Positions 42,801 through 57,800 of a stretch of 64,000 bases of DNA are shown here, in pieces. The stretch's first letter is position 1; each line of letters begins with the position of its first letter. Under the pieces are notes generated by a model. It saw only the letters and a program-made list of their open reading frames with translations. It had not been told where the DNA came from and made no database searches. Made by a program: the position numbers and the translations under genes. This stretch comes from Phallusia mammillata (lineage: Eukaryota), in assembly GCA_965637545.1 (NCBI GenBank), contig OZ281495.1:19716001-19780000 (forward strand). The letters are read 5' to 3'.

Positions 42801-45800
42801 TATCAACCGAAAGACGGAATCGCAACTTGGATCTAAAAAATCGATCGCAATTCTTTCTCCACAAAAAGAGATATCTTCAGGTTTTGCAGAAGGTTTGCAC
42901 AATTGCCCTAATGAATATATGAATGGATCATTAGGGACAATTTCTTTGACAAATTTAGACAAAAGAATCCAAAATTCTTTTTTAAGGGGGAACGACCACA
43001 AATACTTCACCTGTGTACCTTAAAAAAAGAAGCTTAACAAGAGAGAAATTCGGTTTGGGAAACACGGTATTTTACTACTAAGATACATATGTGGTTATAT
43101 ATATTTTTCTCTTGTTTGCCGGCAAATGTACATAAAAATGTTGTATATTCCAATAAAAAATAATGAAAGACCTTTGTGTTTGCCAGAAACGGACATCGTT
43201 TAAGCCGTCGTTGTCTAAAGTTCGTTCTACTCCGATTGTTTCTATGGGTAATCTTAACAAAATACGAAAGTTTGCTTCTTCATCTGTACGTCGGTTATCA
43301 GTTACAGCAATAGGTTCCAAACTGACGTCACAAGTAAGTAATCCTGTACATCAGAAGTAATGCACCTTTACGCAATTGACGCCCGCATCACAGGTCCTAG
43401 TTCACAACGACCGCGCTCGTCTCCATGTTTTATGTTTTTGAAGGACTGCTGCAAAGAAATAGGATTTATTTCATAATATTCCATCTACTGGTGCTTGAAA
43501 GTCCAGATTGATTTCTAACCTTCTCCGTAGTCTGAAATGGACAATTTGCCATTTAGACTTAACTTTATTTATTACCGTCTATATTGTTGTCATGTTTGTG
43601 TGCTGTTTTGCGCTGTTTATTGCAAATAATTAAGTTAATCGATGTTCAAAAAGTCTGACGCATATTGCAGTAATATACATTCCCAGTCGCACAAAAACCA
43701 TTCTAAACACTTTTGAAGCTGGCAAAAAAGTTTTATTGGATTACCGACTGCCATTATATATTTTAATGTACATGTCGTTAACGGCCGCAAAATTAGTCTC
43801 CGCGGCCCCAGGTTGTGCATCCTTGTTGTAAATGGCATATTTTTGTTGACGTATTCGCCAATTTAAAACCATTTTTGCAGGAAAATGACAATCCGCCATC
43901 CTACAGCAGTATTTCGTACATTCCGAGCTCATCTTTAAATGAAGGTTGGAGAGATCGTCGCAAAGTAAGCTGCATGTTATCTTGTCAACGTCTTTTATTA
44001 ATCCGAATAGCCTTTTTGACATACCGGCAAAGATTGTATTTTCATTTATTATTGTAAGGCCAGCTTGACATCACAAATTCTCTTATTTTAGCATCAGATA
44101 ATGGTTGTTGATATCTTAACATTGAGAATAACTTTTGTGCAGTTAAATACGTTTGTATGCCTTCGTATTTTATCCTGTTTTTTTTGTTATTTTGTCCACG
44201 TTTATTTTGTTGAGTCAGACAAGCACTGGAGAATTTTCACTTGGGCCATCAGATGGACTACCAAGTTATAGTCAAGTGCAGAAGTTGAACACGGCCGGCT
44301 GTTCGTCAAACAAATCAGGTGCTTTTTTTCAAGGTTGGTGTTTTTCATTTGTCTTGGAGTATTTTTTTGAAAACTTATTTCTACATATATGTGCAGTTGG
44401 ATCCAACACGGAAGAGCAAATGAGACAAAGAATTAAGGTAACGAAAGTGCACGTTGTTACAATACAATACTTAAATCTTCTTTCACTGCAGTGTTTCAGT
44501 GAGGTTGATTCGTTGTTTTTTTGTCTTTTGAAAACAAGTATCGCAATACGAAATGCAGAATGTCAAATAAATCAAATGTTTTTTCAGCAGTCACCCATGG
44601 AAAAGAAGTGGACTTCAGACACCTGTCTAAACTTTCAGGACAACTTACATGGAATTTCAGGAGTTGGCAGGTTTCATTACACTGGCGAAGATGGTGGGAT
44701 TCGGGTTGACGTCATGCTTTCTGTGCTTAATTTGGTTGTAAGCAGAAACCCGGGAGTTCGTTTGCTCGATGTCTGTCTGCAAATACTCGACTGTCTTTTC
44801 CAGATGCGTATTTTTGCCAACACTGAGGTCAGTGATAAGAAAAGCAAAGAATACATTTTTGTAACAGTTTAATTTCTTTGTGAACAATGCGGTAGTTTTT
44901 GTGTGGTTTCTCTAATAGTTTCTGTTGAATGTTTAAAATTATTGTTGTCTTTTATTGGCATTATAGGGATCATCTACAGTAAACGTAAAACTTTTACGGA
45001 TTCTTCATGGTCTCACGCGCCAACTTGGATGTCTAAACGGATGCACACGATCGGGCCACAGAAACACATCGAGTGATAAGCTTCGAACAACTGTAAGTTG
45101 CCGAGAAACATAACATGTAATAAACATTGTACCTAGTTATGTATGTGTAAAGCTTCTTGTGTAAAATGGGAAAAGTTACCACCTAAAAACTCCACATTAG
45201 CAACTTCTGTTAAACAAATATATTTGCTTCGGTAAATTTGGGGGATAGTTACAGTATAATGTACACATAATCGTTTTTTGTGTACTGTTGACTTGTTTTT
45301 GATCACGTTTTTATGTTTAGACGCGGCTGATGATTACCAATATATTTTCAATGCAACGCGACGCGTTTTGCAATTATGTAAAAGAAGTTATTAGGAGTCG
45401 ACCTCTCTCAGAAACAATGGATTTCCTACATCCATTGCTTGCTTACTGTAGTATAGATGTTAACAATTGCGAAGTGGGAGGTAACTGACTAACGTTTTTG
45501 TACGAATTTTTGCCTAAGTCCACTTTGTTTATAACATGCAAAAAAGATCTTCACTTTTTTACCAAACTTTCCATTACTGTCATATAGTGCTTCTGCAAAA
45601 ATACGAAGTAATACTATAATGTTATTTTTTTCCTCACAGAAACATCGTGCTTAAATGTTTGATGTGTTTTACTTCTGCTGTTTAGATTTAAATGACGAGA
45701 TCCTTTGTGCAAATGCTGCCGCCAAAACCTTGTTGGAAGATGTTGTTGTGAAAACAACTTTTCGGGATGTCGTGGAAAAATGCATTCAACTTGGTAACAA

Positions 45801-48800
45801 AATGTACAGTAGTGAAAACAAGGTAAAAATGGTCTCTGCTCTCACACTATAGTTATTTTACTTAGTCATTGATGTTTCCATTACCTAACAGAGCTTATAT
45901 GAAGAAGTTCGACATCTCGTACAGTTTGTACGCGTTCGTCATCCATCAGCTTTTAATCAAGTGCTACTCACAGTTATGTCAGTTCCAATGCGAAAGCGCA
46001 GGCAATGGCTAAAGGAACAGGTAGGTTTGTAACTTACAAAGCCATGCGTTTGGTCTTCATTGTTTATTTTTTCTACCTGGTATTTATATTTCGTTGAAAA
46101 TAAGATTTACCGTCTACGCCAAACAGAAAAATGTCCAGTAAACGCTTTTTAAAACTGTCTAGGAACCAAAAAAGACCCAAAGAAATGAATCTATCGATAC
46201 CAACACACCTTTGTCAACACGTGCATTCAGGTACCGCAGCACCATTTGAAAACTATTTTTGTCATTAATCAACGAATGGTGTGTAGGCGTGGCGGAATTG
46301 ATTTGGCTTCAAGTCCGTTGTTGCAAAAACGCCCAGATAAAAGAAACTCAAGCAAAGCCAGTAGCATATTTCGCCTGAGCATGGAATTTCTTGACCGCTC
46401 CCCAATGAGCAGTCATGCTGTTTCCCCTGGAATAACAACATCGAATTTTTCGTAAGTGTTTTTGATGTGCTGTTAGTTTAACATGTGGTTAAATCAGTTT
46501 TTGATCGCAATAAAGATTATTAGTTGAGAACGTTACCTTTTTTTGCTTCGCAGAATGGTTCAGGATTTATCGTCGGATGAAGAAGACCTAAATTTTCGAC
46601 CTTCATTTGACGCTGACAGAAAACGATTTAATAAAATCGGTAGCATTTTTAAAATGAAAACTCAGGTTGGTTGGCTTAAAATCTGCAATAAATATGTAAT
46701 GTTTTGAAAGTAAATGCTTGAAATGCCGAAAACTGTGCAGTTATTTATAAGTTGATGATACCCGGTAGAAGTATAAAGGACGTTTAAAACTATACGAATG
46801 TTTTTCCAAGAGACAGCATGCGGACTTTAAATCGTTATTTTTTTATCTCAGAATCGAACTTTTCTTCAAACAGAAAACGAGGACGACGTGAATTCAACAT
46901 TTTTTTCTCGTATGATTAAAAAGAAAATGACTAAAAAAATGGAAAAAGAGGAAGACATAGAATTCGATTCATTCAGTATGTATTTAATAATTTGCTTTTA
47001 TGCATACGAATGTGACTAGCTTTTCAACAAACAACATTATTGCAGAAGCGCCTCTATTTGCTCAAAAATCGGAAAACAAAGCTGCTGTGAAAGAAAGTGA
47101 ATTTACTGTAGACGAATTTGACATTTCAAATGGTTTACAAATTCTTCGCTTTCTGATGGACTGTTGTCCGCCGGGAACTGTTCCTGAGCCTAATGTACTG
47201 GGATCGGTCATGGGATTGGTACATTGTTTCTCTTTTTTGTTCAGATACTTGACTACAACAAACGAAAACAAAACTATACATGCTTTTAAAGGAATCGCCG
47301 ATTATTTCGCGGGCCGCCGTATTTATGCAGTGTGCCAACTTTGTTGAGAATTGTTCGAACAGCGCCTGGCCCCATTGGATGAAAAATCGGATAATGCAAA
47401 GCAAGCGATGTCACAAAAATGCAAAGTTCTATACTACAGGGGCTAAATTGTTTCATCAATGGGGAGAGGTAACAATATAAATTAGTAATCTGACAAAAAT
47501 ACTTTGAAAATGTACCCATCCACAGCGTACACGTACAAACTATATTAACAAAATCTAAATGCAAATACATACAAGTTACCAAATAACATCACGAAATGCT
47601 GTCAATGAGATGTTGCGGGAAATGCAATATTGACGTGTTGTCATGAGTCTGTGTGTTAACAACAGACCGTGTCTTCCTTTCTGGAGAAAGTTCTGGCCGC
47701 CAACAACGACCCAAAAACGGTTTTAGGCGATGTTCGAAATAAAGAGGATCAACGACGCAACTATGATGAAGATTTGAAGGAAAACTTTCTTTACGACAGT
47801 AAGGATAACTTTACGTAGTATATAGAAAAGTGTTATATATTAGACAATTTTTTTTCTCGATTAACAGTGCGAGTGAACGACACTGGAAAAAAATGTCCGA
47901 TGGCGCTGTCCATGACTGCAACAGACTTGCTTTATCAGATCACTGTCTTTTTACGAGATGTCTATCCTAGATTACCACATCAAGAACAAATTCACGGCAG
48001 GAGCACAGGTGAAAATAAGTTTGTTAGAAACATCAATAAGGTTTTATTTCTTCGTGTAACCGAACAGCGCTTTTTTGTTTTAGCTTTTGACAACTCGTCT
48101 GGTCTCATTGTGGTTCCACAAATTAAACCTTTGGAATCACCGTGTAAAAAAACTATTAAGTTTTCGGATAATCTTGATCAACAGTTTAACATAAGCACTG
48201 AAACATTAAAGGTTCCAGTACAAGGTCAGTTTATTTATTTTTGTTGCGGAAAAACGATCCAGACTTTTTACAATATTGCTTAAGTTATAACATTATGTGT
48301 TGCCTTTTATTTCGGTTGTCGGCCAAGTTTTGATAAATTGTTTGATCAATTGGAGTGATGATTTGTTGGAGGATCCACCCGATGGTTAGCTGTCATTTTA
48401 ACGTTTTTCATATAGCTGATCAGTCCCATGTAGAGTTTGTAGTACATATCCTTGCGAAGTACATCCCATCCAGTAAAAACCTTAATCTATATTGATAATT
48501 AAGACAGGATTATCTTTGAGACAACCTATGGGTCGATTAGTACAATGAATTTTAAGGCAAAACTAATTATTATATTCTTCAGAAATACCACGTGATGTGT
48601 CTGCGGACAGTGGAGTTTTAAAATCTAGCGTAGCAGCAGCAACTCGTCGTACAAGCACTTGTAAAACCGATACAAGTGAAGGTACTTCCAAAGTTCATGC
48701 GTGTGCAACCAGCAGCAGCACATTCAGTGCTAACATGCTTACTGTGCCAACCAACAACCTCTATTTGGGAGGCAATTTCTCGCCGTTTAGCTCTTGCAGT

Positions 48801-51800
48801 CGCCTGTCCTTTGGCAGCACCATGTCGCTTGGCAACAGTTCAACTTTGTCGGAAAACAGGGATTCAAGAGACACTAACGCGTCAGCGATAACACATAGCC
48901 CGACACCAAAGTCTGAGGTCACTTGTGTTGATAATCTACCGTGGGTTAAGGTACGTTGGGTTGCCAACATTTCGAAAAACGTTTTGCCATTTATGACATA
49001 TAAACGTACATTTCCAGGTCATGTTGGCGTTGACCAACCAACAAAATTTTTTGTGTGATCACATGGATTTTTGCCATCCCTTTTGTCACCAGCGTCTCAC
49101 CCGGTCTTGCAACCGATTGATTAACGCCATTCACGAATCTGTTGCGAACTCGGACAAGGTAAATTATAAATAGTGTTTATTGCTATAATGTGTACATGAC
49201 CCAATTTCTTTTGTATTTTGCAGCAAACGGATACTTGGGAACACGCATTTCGCGATGAACAGAGTTCAACCACCGCCTTTACCACGTAAGTTGCTTAAAA
49301 AAACAATACAGACAAGGTAGGCAGTTTTTTTATATTAAGTGAAACCATGTTATACAATTTAGCATCTACGACTGGTGTCATGTAGCTTTTGGTTTCTTCA
49401 GGTATCTTAAAAACCGAGCTTCTGTTTTGACAAAAGTTCCTCTTTCTGTTCTGCTGAAAGCTGTAACACTGCTTACTGATGAGCTTTTGGTTGACACTCA
49501 TGCACTTTGCTGGGAAATTATGTTGGATGGCAGCAAATGCATTACCCAAGTCGCAGGTATTCTGTAACCAGACAATAATTAAGTAATTTGTTTAAACATG
49601 CATCGTTATTTAAAGGCAGGAGAAATCTCATGGGTTTTAACATAAAAATGTACGAAAACATTGTGCTTAATTCAATTTCAATATAGGGGATTTGGCACGC
49701 TTTGAAAGGGAAGGAATTAGTTGCACAAACTACACTATAATAATTGCGTGACCGGTCAGTGGAAGGCCAAGCATTGGCCGTCAAGTCATTAAGATACCCA
49801 ACATTGGCGGAAACATATTTTGGTGCTTGCATTTTTTTGCTTGGTGATTCCATATTTACCATATTTAAAAGAATATGTCCGATGCACAAAGCGAAACGCT
49901 TTCACTGAAAAGTTTAACTTTGAAAAAAATCTCACCTACCATCCCATTTTACATGATGTTTTTGAAGGCTTTAATCGTTCTCCTTATTTGCAGCTTCTCT
50001 CTTTTTACTATCCGCCTACCGTATTCCGGATGAAGTTCAGTCTTGCATTGTGGGAGATCTATATCACATTAACCCGCACAACCGAGTCCGAGCACTTCGC
50101 AAATTGCGAGTTTTGTGGGATTGTCGATATTATGTGTGGAAAAACACCGAAGTAAAAGCTAGACAAACATACAAAGTATTGGATCATTTATTAGTTTGGT
50201 CACACATGCTTCCATTTTTATGACTACTTTTGTTGCAGATGAACGTTCCCTCCGCATCGTTTACTTTGTCTCATAATGACCTGGGGTTAGCGACAGCTGT
50301 GATACCAGATCCACCGTGGGTATCCAACATTATCAACATTGACAAGATTTTGGCTCAAAACAGTTCCTCTGCTCAAGGCGCCGCATTTTTAGCCACAGAT
50401 ACGCTGTAAGTATAAACAGTTTTTTTAAGAAATGAAAAAAATGTTTATCTTTTCAATGTAAATGGATGATCACTTCGTTTTTATGTAAATTGTCCAACAA
50501 ATACTGATTTCTTTTTTGTTGGCGAAATGTTCTTTGAAACGAACATAACTGTGTTTTGTTTATTAGGTCTCATTACAAAGAACAACAACTGAAAAAGTTG
50601 TTGCAGCGAGAAGCTGAGCAACGGACGATTGCACGCAGTAAATTTCACCTGACTGATGTACCACTTACACAAACTATCCTCGCTGAAGTACGGAAGAAAG
50701 TTAACACAGAGGAACTTGAGGATGGTAAACTTCTACAAAAACAAATGTCCAACAATGTTTTAAAGTTTTTGTTCAACCGAGAACCTTTTTTTGAATGAGT
50801 AGAAGCGGGTAATTGCTCAAGTCGACGTTTGTCAGCTCGTCTTCCTAGTCTGGGTTCGAGCACAATGACTGGTGATTCGCGTCGGGAAGATTGGAAACGC
50901 CACAGCAGAACGAGAATTAACAACCTAGAAGAAAGTATGATTACAAATCCAGCCTAATATATACTTTTTAATTGTTTTTAAACCTGTGATTATAAATACC
51001 CACTAATGAATACTTTTCAATGGTTTTCAAACCTGTGAAATTTGCCACAGACAGCCAAGAAAATATCTACAGAGTTGACCACGTGTCCCCTCTCCCGTTT
51101 TCTCCAGCCTATCCACCATGTATTGCTGCTTGCTTACCAACAGTTCTGCAGCTTACGTCGGATGTTTGCATGACGAAAGAAAAACAGTCTGGCAAGTATT
51201 TTGTTGCACAGCGTCAAATTTGACAAATATGAAAAATAAGAAACCATGTTTGTTATTTAGGAAACACAAAAAAAATTTCTGCATAAATTTCTGCAATATG
51301 TTTTGACCATCAAAAATGGAAAATACATTTACACAGCAACTCATGTAAAGCCCAAAACAAGCTAAATATCGATAGGTGGCGCAAAGATTACCTAAACCTA
51401 TTTATAGGGGTATTCCGGTAAAAAAAATGATAAAAGTTGGACTATTTGGGTTAGGGTAAGGTTTTGTAAAAAATATTACATTAAAACCAACTTAAAACTT
51501 ATCAAAATATAGATACTGACACTACCCTTGTGTAACCGCTGAATTAAAAATTCAGCTCTTTGCGCCACCTGTCAAAAGTAGTTCTACACACAATAGTGGC
51601 CTTTGCAATTTAGTTGGAGATATTGCTCGGAACTTGGTGACGTCATGTCTGAGCGAAGATGCGAGTTTGTTTCTACGTGGAGTCTTGGAGAAGATGACAG
51701 CTAAAACAGATCAATTTTATTCGCTTTGGGTTTTACGAAGGCTTCCCAATATACTGCAGGACATTTCTCCACCCATCGCACATGTGCTATTTAGTCATCT

Positions 51801-54800
51801 GGTAAGCTATAATTTTGCGGACGGAACGATATTAGACGTTCGTTTATCATCCATTAAATTTTAAAAGTGTGCATAAATTTCAATCAAAAATCAGGTTCAA
51901 TAGGACGTAAGTCGTGAAGTATAGTTTTGAACTCACTACAAACAGTTGCTTCTATGATTATTTTACAACCGAACAAATCTGACGGATATTACTGATAACA
52001 TAGCATTTTGTTGCTACAAAAATATTTGTGTTTCATTTTCGTTCGTCAAGCAAATGTTTTTTTTACAAGGTTGAAGGCATTCTCCACTATAATCGCTTAG
52101 CAACCACTAACGAAGACCTCATTACATCAGCTCTTCTCGCAATGACGTCACTGATTCCTTCCATCCAAGCGATTGACTTGAAGACACTCAAACTTGCTCT
52201 AAGAAAGGAACAAATTGACACACAGGTGTGTATTTATTTATTTATTTATTTATTAATAGTTGTATGGATTTTTAGTCACATTTTTATAACCGCGCTCTTA
52301 TGCAGATATTGATAACAGCGGGCATACCTGGTGCTAAGAAACTAACCGTTTGGAATCAAGGAGATTATTATATGCCTACCCAGGTGGGTTTTCGGCTACT
52401 GTATCAATAAAATTTGAACTATGTATATCGTAAAAAACTTAGTTTAATGATAAATAGTGAGACTCAAACTTGTTTTTTTGCAGATTGAAGTAACCGACAC
52501 CAGCACATTTGACTCGGTGTTGAGAGAAGCGTTGATTTCAATCGACGTTCCTGAATCGGATCACAGAAAGTACCAGCTGTTTGACCGTCGGAAAAACCAT
52601 ATACTTTGCAGACATTGCTATGTTCGCGACTTTTACCAGTTTCGTAAAGCTGTTTACCCTGAGGTATGCAATATACACGACTTTTTGCGGAAATTAAGCA
52701 AAAATTTTTAGGCTGTGTTGAACAAAAATGCTTTAACAACTTTTTTTGTAACAAATTAAACAATCTTGGTGGAACTCAACACCAACTGCGTTTCGAGCAT
52801 TGAATTGTATTAGTTACGATATCGTGCCTTTGCTCTTCAATGTTGTGGGGTTGTGGGTAAAACATTTATTGTATATATTACCTAAATGTATGGTATGCTT
52901 TTGCAGTTAAACTTAGTGCAAATGGATGAAGATGAAGGCACTGAGTTAATGACGGATCGTGTCATCTCACTGAAACTTGCCGAAATCGCTCGTCTGAAGT
53001 TCGTTATTTCAGCGCTTTGTCACCAGAAGAGCACCGTGGATCAACAACTCAACGCAACTTTTATACAAGATGAGCTTAACAAACTCTGGTCATTTCCCCG
53101 GAAGGTAAAAGTTTGCGGACAGCGCTGCTGAAAATTTCAACATGTTAACTGTAAAATGCTAGCATTCCATCAAATTTAAACTTAATGATCGAATGAGTGC
53201 CTGCATAAACAACAAATAAGATTATTTTTAGGCAATGGACGCAGAATTCTTTTTGTTTGACACGAAGCATGGTGACATCATTCGGCAGCTAGACGTGGTT
53301 CAAAAGTTTTACTGGGTTGATTTTGTCGTCACACTCTTCCTTTCGCTTTCAAGTAAGACGTTTTTTGGCAACTAAATATGCAAAGGATTTCCGAGTATAC
53401 CTGTACTTTACAGTGCATATTCCTGTAAATTTTAGAAGGGATTTTCATGAAACTGTTCGTTCAGGTCTAATATACCCGTATTACTTGTTCACAACATCAA
53501 AAGCCGCTGATTAAAGGAATGATAGACCTTGAAAATGTTTGATGATTTTCAATGCCAAGCGGCAATGACGATCAGGTTTTAAACACACTTTTGAATTGCA
53601 GAGGATTTTCCGTGGGAAGAAGACCTTCTCTGTTTCATGCACGTGCTGAGCGCAAGCCTCGTTGTTCATTGCGAAGAACCTCCACTTCTTCGCCGATTTT
53701 CAGCCGCTGTGATTGATGTCATTGTGCACTTGGCCCACACCTTTACGTTGCCTGGATACAGTCTTATTTTACCATCTATGCTCTGTGTAAGTCAAAGGTT
53801 AAAAATTGAATAAGAGTGGATTTAAACTGTTATAGGACTTTTGATATAAAAAACAGCGAACAGAATGCTAAGTCACATTTACATGCTTTTTGAAAGTATA
53901 GAAGAAGAACTAAACGATAGTAAAGCATTTTAACTAGTAATTTTAAGGTTACAAATATGTTTTGCCTAATTTGTCAGCGTTTCATAAACCTTAAAATTAA
54001 AAGCAAATCTGTTAGAGAGGGTGTGTGTACAAAATTACATCTTTTAGCGCAGATGTTTCAACTATGGCTGTTGTCATCAACAGTGTAGTTTGTAAACTAA
54101 GCTTGAAACACGGGTATATATAAGCACTGTTTGTTTATTTTCTGACTCAAAAGAATTTGGTGTCAAGAAAATATTCATCTAAACATTTTTATTTGTACAG
54201 ATCTACAGCAAACACCATGACAACGATCTTATCAGGTCGTGTTTGGAACTTGTCTTCAAGATGATGTTTAAAGTTCACAGACAACCGTTTATCTTGCAGT
54301 TATTTGCTAATGCTGCTCCACTGCTATCGGTAACTATACATTTCAATCTGCAACTTACTCCTTTACATAACATTATTTCGACTTATTATGCCACCTTTAA
54401 GGAGTTTAACTGGCTAAAGTTAACTGGTGAAAAGGATCCTAATGATCAACTTTCACATGAAGTGTTTTTTCAACTTTTGCTGGCGCTTCAAAATCCGTCT
54501 GAGATTGATCATTTGCAGGTTGGTCAAACGTTGGTTTAATTCAGGACAATACAAGGGTTATCTGTGATCAAACGTACACTCCTCGTTTCAGGTGATGAGT
54601 CTTGTCAAAGCGGAAAAGCCTCTAAAACCGGTTGACGAATGTCTAAGTGGGGTTGATTCAATTACTTTTGGCGACTATTTTCGGTACTTTGTCATTTATG
54701 TCGGTCCATCAAAATATAAACTTAATTGCATTTTAAATTACATATGTTTAAAGTATATCGTAGTATCATAGTCTTTTCAAAGCAAAACAGTTGTAACGCA

Positions 54801-57800
54801 TAAAGATTTTTTACAGGTTGTGTATCACAGTGATAGCTTACCAACCAGAAACCAGCAGAACACTAGAAATGTTGGTTGTGATTAATAGCATTCTTCCCTG
54901 TTATCTCGATCATATGCAATCTACGATAACTCCTATGGAAGGTCAGTTTGATTGTATATTTACTGGTTGCAAACCTTTTTAATCCGGGGATGCTTTTTAG
55001 AGTATATGTCGCTGAATGAATTGTCTGTAAGCATCAGATTCCTGCTAACCAGTGTCGAAGTTCTCACGCGTACAATCATAACTGCATCACAACAACACTC
55101 TGAACAACCACAAGGAAGATCTCTACACGATCTTGGGTACATGCAAGCAAACGATTTGGGTTTTTATTTCCGCAAAAAAATCTTTTACTGTTGCAACATT
55201 TGGTTGAGCCTTGGAGTAGAGATAATTTATCAACTTTTTCATGTCAGGGTGATCGAGGAAGGTGTAGATAAGGAAGACAGTGGTGATGGAGGTCAAACAG
55301 CGGAGGAATTTGTTGCACCACGTGATGTGGTTCTTCAACTGTGCACAACATTTTACACACACACAAGGGGAAGGTATGTTGTAGTACTTCAAGAGTAAGA
55401 AAAAATACATCAGGGCTTCCCTCTGATATTTTGATCTATATGTTGATAAATCTTTCTCGGGCCTTACCTTATCTGTGAAATGTGAGCAAATATTTTTAAA
55501 AACCATATAACAAGCAATGCATAGGTACCAAGGCAAAAAAACGCAGTTTAATATTTTAAGTATATGTATTTGGGTTTCCATCTTTGTTTCTTACGCTCTT
55601 GGATTTGATTTAGCGACGTATTTGCAGTCACAAAATGACGCCCGATATTAAAAAACCCCAACCCCAGGGGTCGGTTACCCCTAACACGCAAGCCACGTTT
55701 GGCACTTCATGACACGCACAGTGATTTTCGAATCTATATTCAACTTGTTAAAATTAAATCTAGTACATCTTGAATTGTTACTGAGTGATCAACTCTCAGT
55801 TAAGTTTCAAATTTGAATTTCCACAGAATACAGATTTTAGAGCCAAGTCAAACCGATATTTCAGTCGCAGTTTGTTATAATTAAACCTATCACATCTATT
55901 GTTTTTGTAATAATTTAATAGTACTGAAAACGCAGTCTATACGTACGAATTTGTCTGCTTCCTGTTTACTGTCCAATTCAGCTGGTATAAATCATTTTTA
56001 TGTCCAAAATTTCGTAACGCAAAGTCATTTTCATTTTGACAAAACTTAGGTACATTGGCAGGCTATGATGTTCGAATAGTTTACGATCACTGTCTTAAAC
56101 TAAGAGGTTGGGCTACTGAGTAAGTTTAAAGTTGAATTTCCACAGAATGCAGATGTTGAAGCCAAGTCAAACCGAGGAATTTCTAAATGTCAAATCCCAC
56201 ATTAGACTTGCTGAAATTGCCAACTCGTTGCTAAAGGTAAAATCATGATATAAATTTGTCAGCAACAACAAGTGGTATTAGAACTTTGCAATTTAGTTAC
56301 TTACTGACGAATCTGTGCCCACCATAAGTCTTGGCTTGGCTTATTACATCAAACGGATGTTACCCATCGTTGATTGGTCAATCGAGGCAGTACGCCCCGC
56401 CCTATTTCTTGTACTGAAACGACTTGATCGATTTTTCGGCAAGATCAGCAAAGTCTATTCGTTCAGGTACCAAGGAGATATTAAAGTGATTTGCTGTTTA
56501 AAAACTGTTTTAGGTAAAACACTACTTTGCATTAAACGTCAATACACAATAAATCTTTTTTGCATAACGCTGCACATTTTTTTCGATTGTAGACGCAATT
56601 TAGATTGGAGGACGGTTTCTATGATGGTTAGTGGTTTATGTGACCTTCTTGCTCGTCAACCAGCTGTATCTCACATCCCACACCTTAAAACATTTGTCAA
56701 TGTAAGTTAATTTCTTATTGGCAGATAACTATTTTGTGGTCTAAATCAGTTAACATAAACGGAACATCAACACTCTTTACACAAAATAAGCAGATTTAGC
56801 AACCATATCATGTTTTTTTTTTAGATAAGCGCAACGATGCAAGCTGGGTCGAACGCTCCAGTGAGCAGCGAGGATTCCTCAATCAATTGTGGCTGCAAAA
56901 CCAAACTAAACATTTCGGCAACTCTTACTCCTAATGTCATCAAACTTATCGGTATAATTAAAGCATTGAATTGCAGCAAATCAGATTTTACTGATTACGA
57001 CATTGTTTGCAGTTCTTCAAGCCCAAGGGTTAGCAGATGGCTTCACTGTACAAGACATCATCAAACCTCTTATCGAGACAGAGAGAAAAATCAATTTGTT
57101 TTTGAACCTCATTATCCCCATCTGCTTTTGCGTAGTTGGGGAAACCCCTGTTCTGCCACACGCAAATGACAGTGACGGAAAAGGTACTTTGTGTTTATCT
57201 GTGATTGTGGGTTTTGTGATGAACATTTTTGGTAAAATTACTTCAGTGAAATGGAAGTTGGAGCTTCCGAAAAGCGACGTTGTGTTCATGATGAACCTTT
57301 GCATCGACGCCGTGACGGGAAAATATCGACGTTCGAGAGGCAATATGGCAGAACTGTTCCTTGCCACTTCTCCCTGTAAGTGTTAATAAAAATACAATGC
57401 AATAAATAATAAGCAAAATTGCTTCTTCTACATATTCCGGCAAGAGTTTCATTTCATAAATTAAAGTAAGCACAGCAAAGTCAAATGAGGAAATATAAAA
57501 AATATATATTGAGAAAAATAATATAAAATCAAAGGACTGAACAGTTTTTTTTCTTAGAAACTATATTTTGCCGTTTTGTAATCATTTTAGTGTCAAAGCG
57601 CCACAACGACACAGAAAACGAAGTGGCTTTGCTGACTCTTCGTGTTGTGATCGCTTGTTTTCATAAACAACTGCAGGGAGAATGGTACAACCTTGCCCAG
57701 AGTGTCAAAAACATAGCGTGCAAATACACAGGTAAATTTGGTTTTATGTAAATGTTTGCAACAAGAAACACTTACTTCACAACATACAATTAGAAATGTG

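Noticed and set aside
42552-43010. 152-aa minus-strand ORF that looked like a nested gene
   Set aside because: It is largely the antisense shadow of a UNC80 + strand exon (~42773-43004: RRCNSL...ISLTNL, matching UNC80 RPRSSSM...VSLTNL).
43078-43320. 80-aa minus-strand ORF beginning MEPIAV
   Set aside because: It overlaps a UNC80 exon (~43187-43333, phase 0/0, strong GTAAGT donor); antisense shadow.
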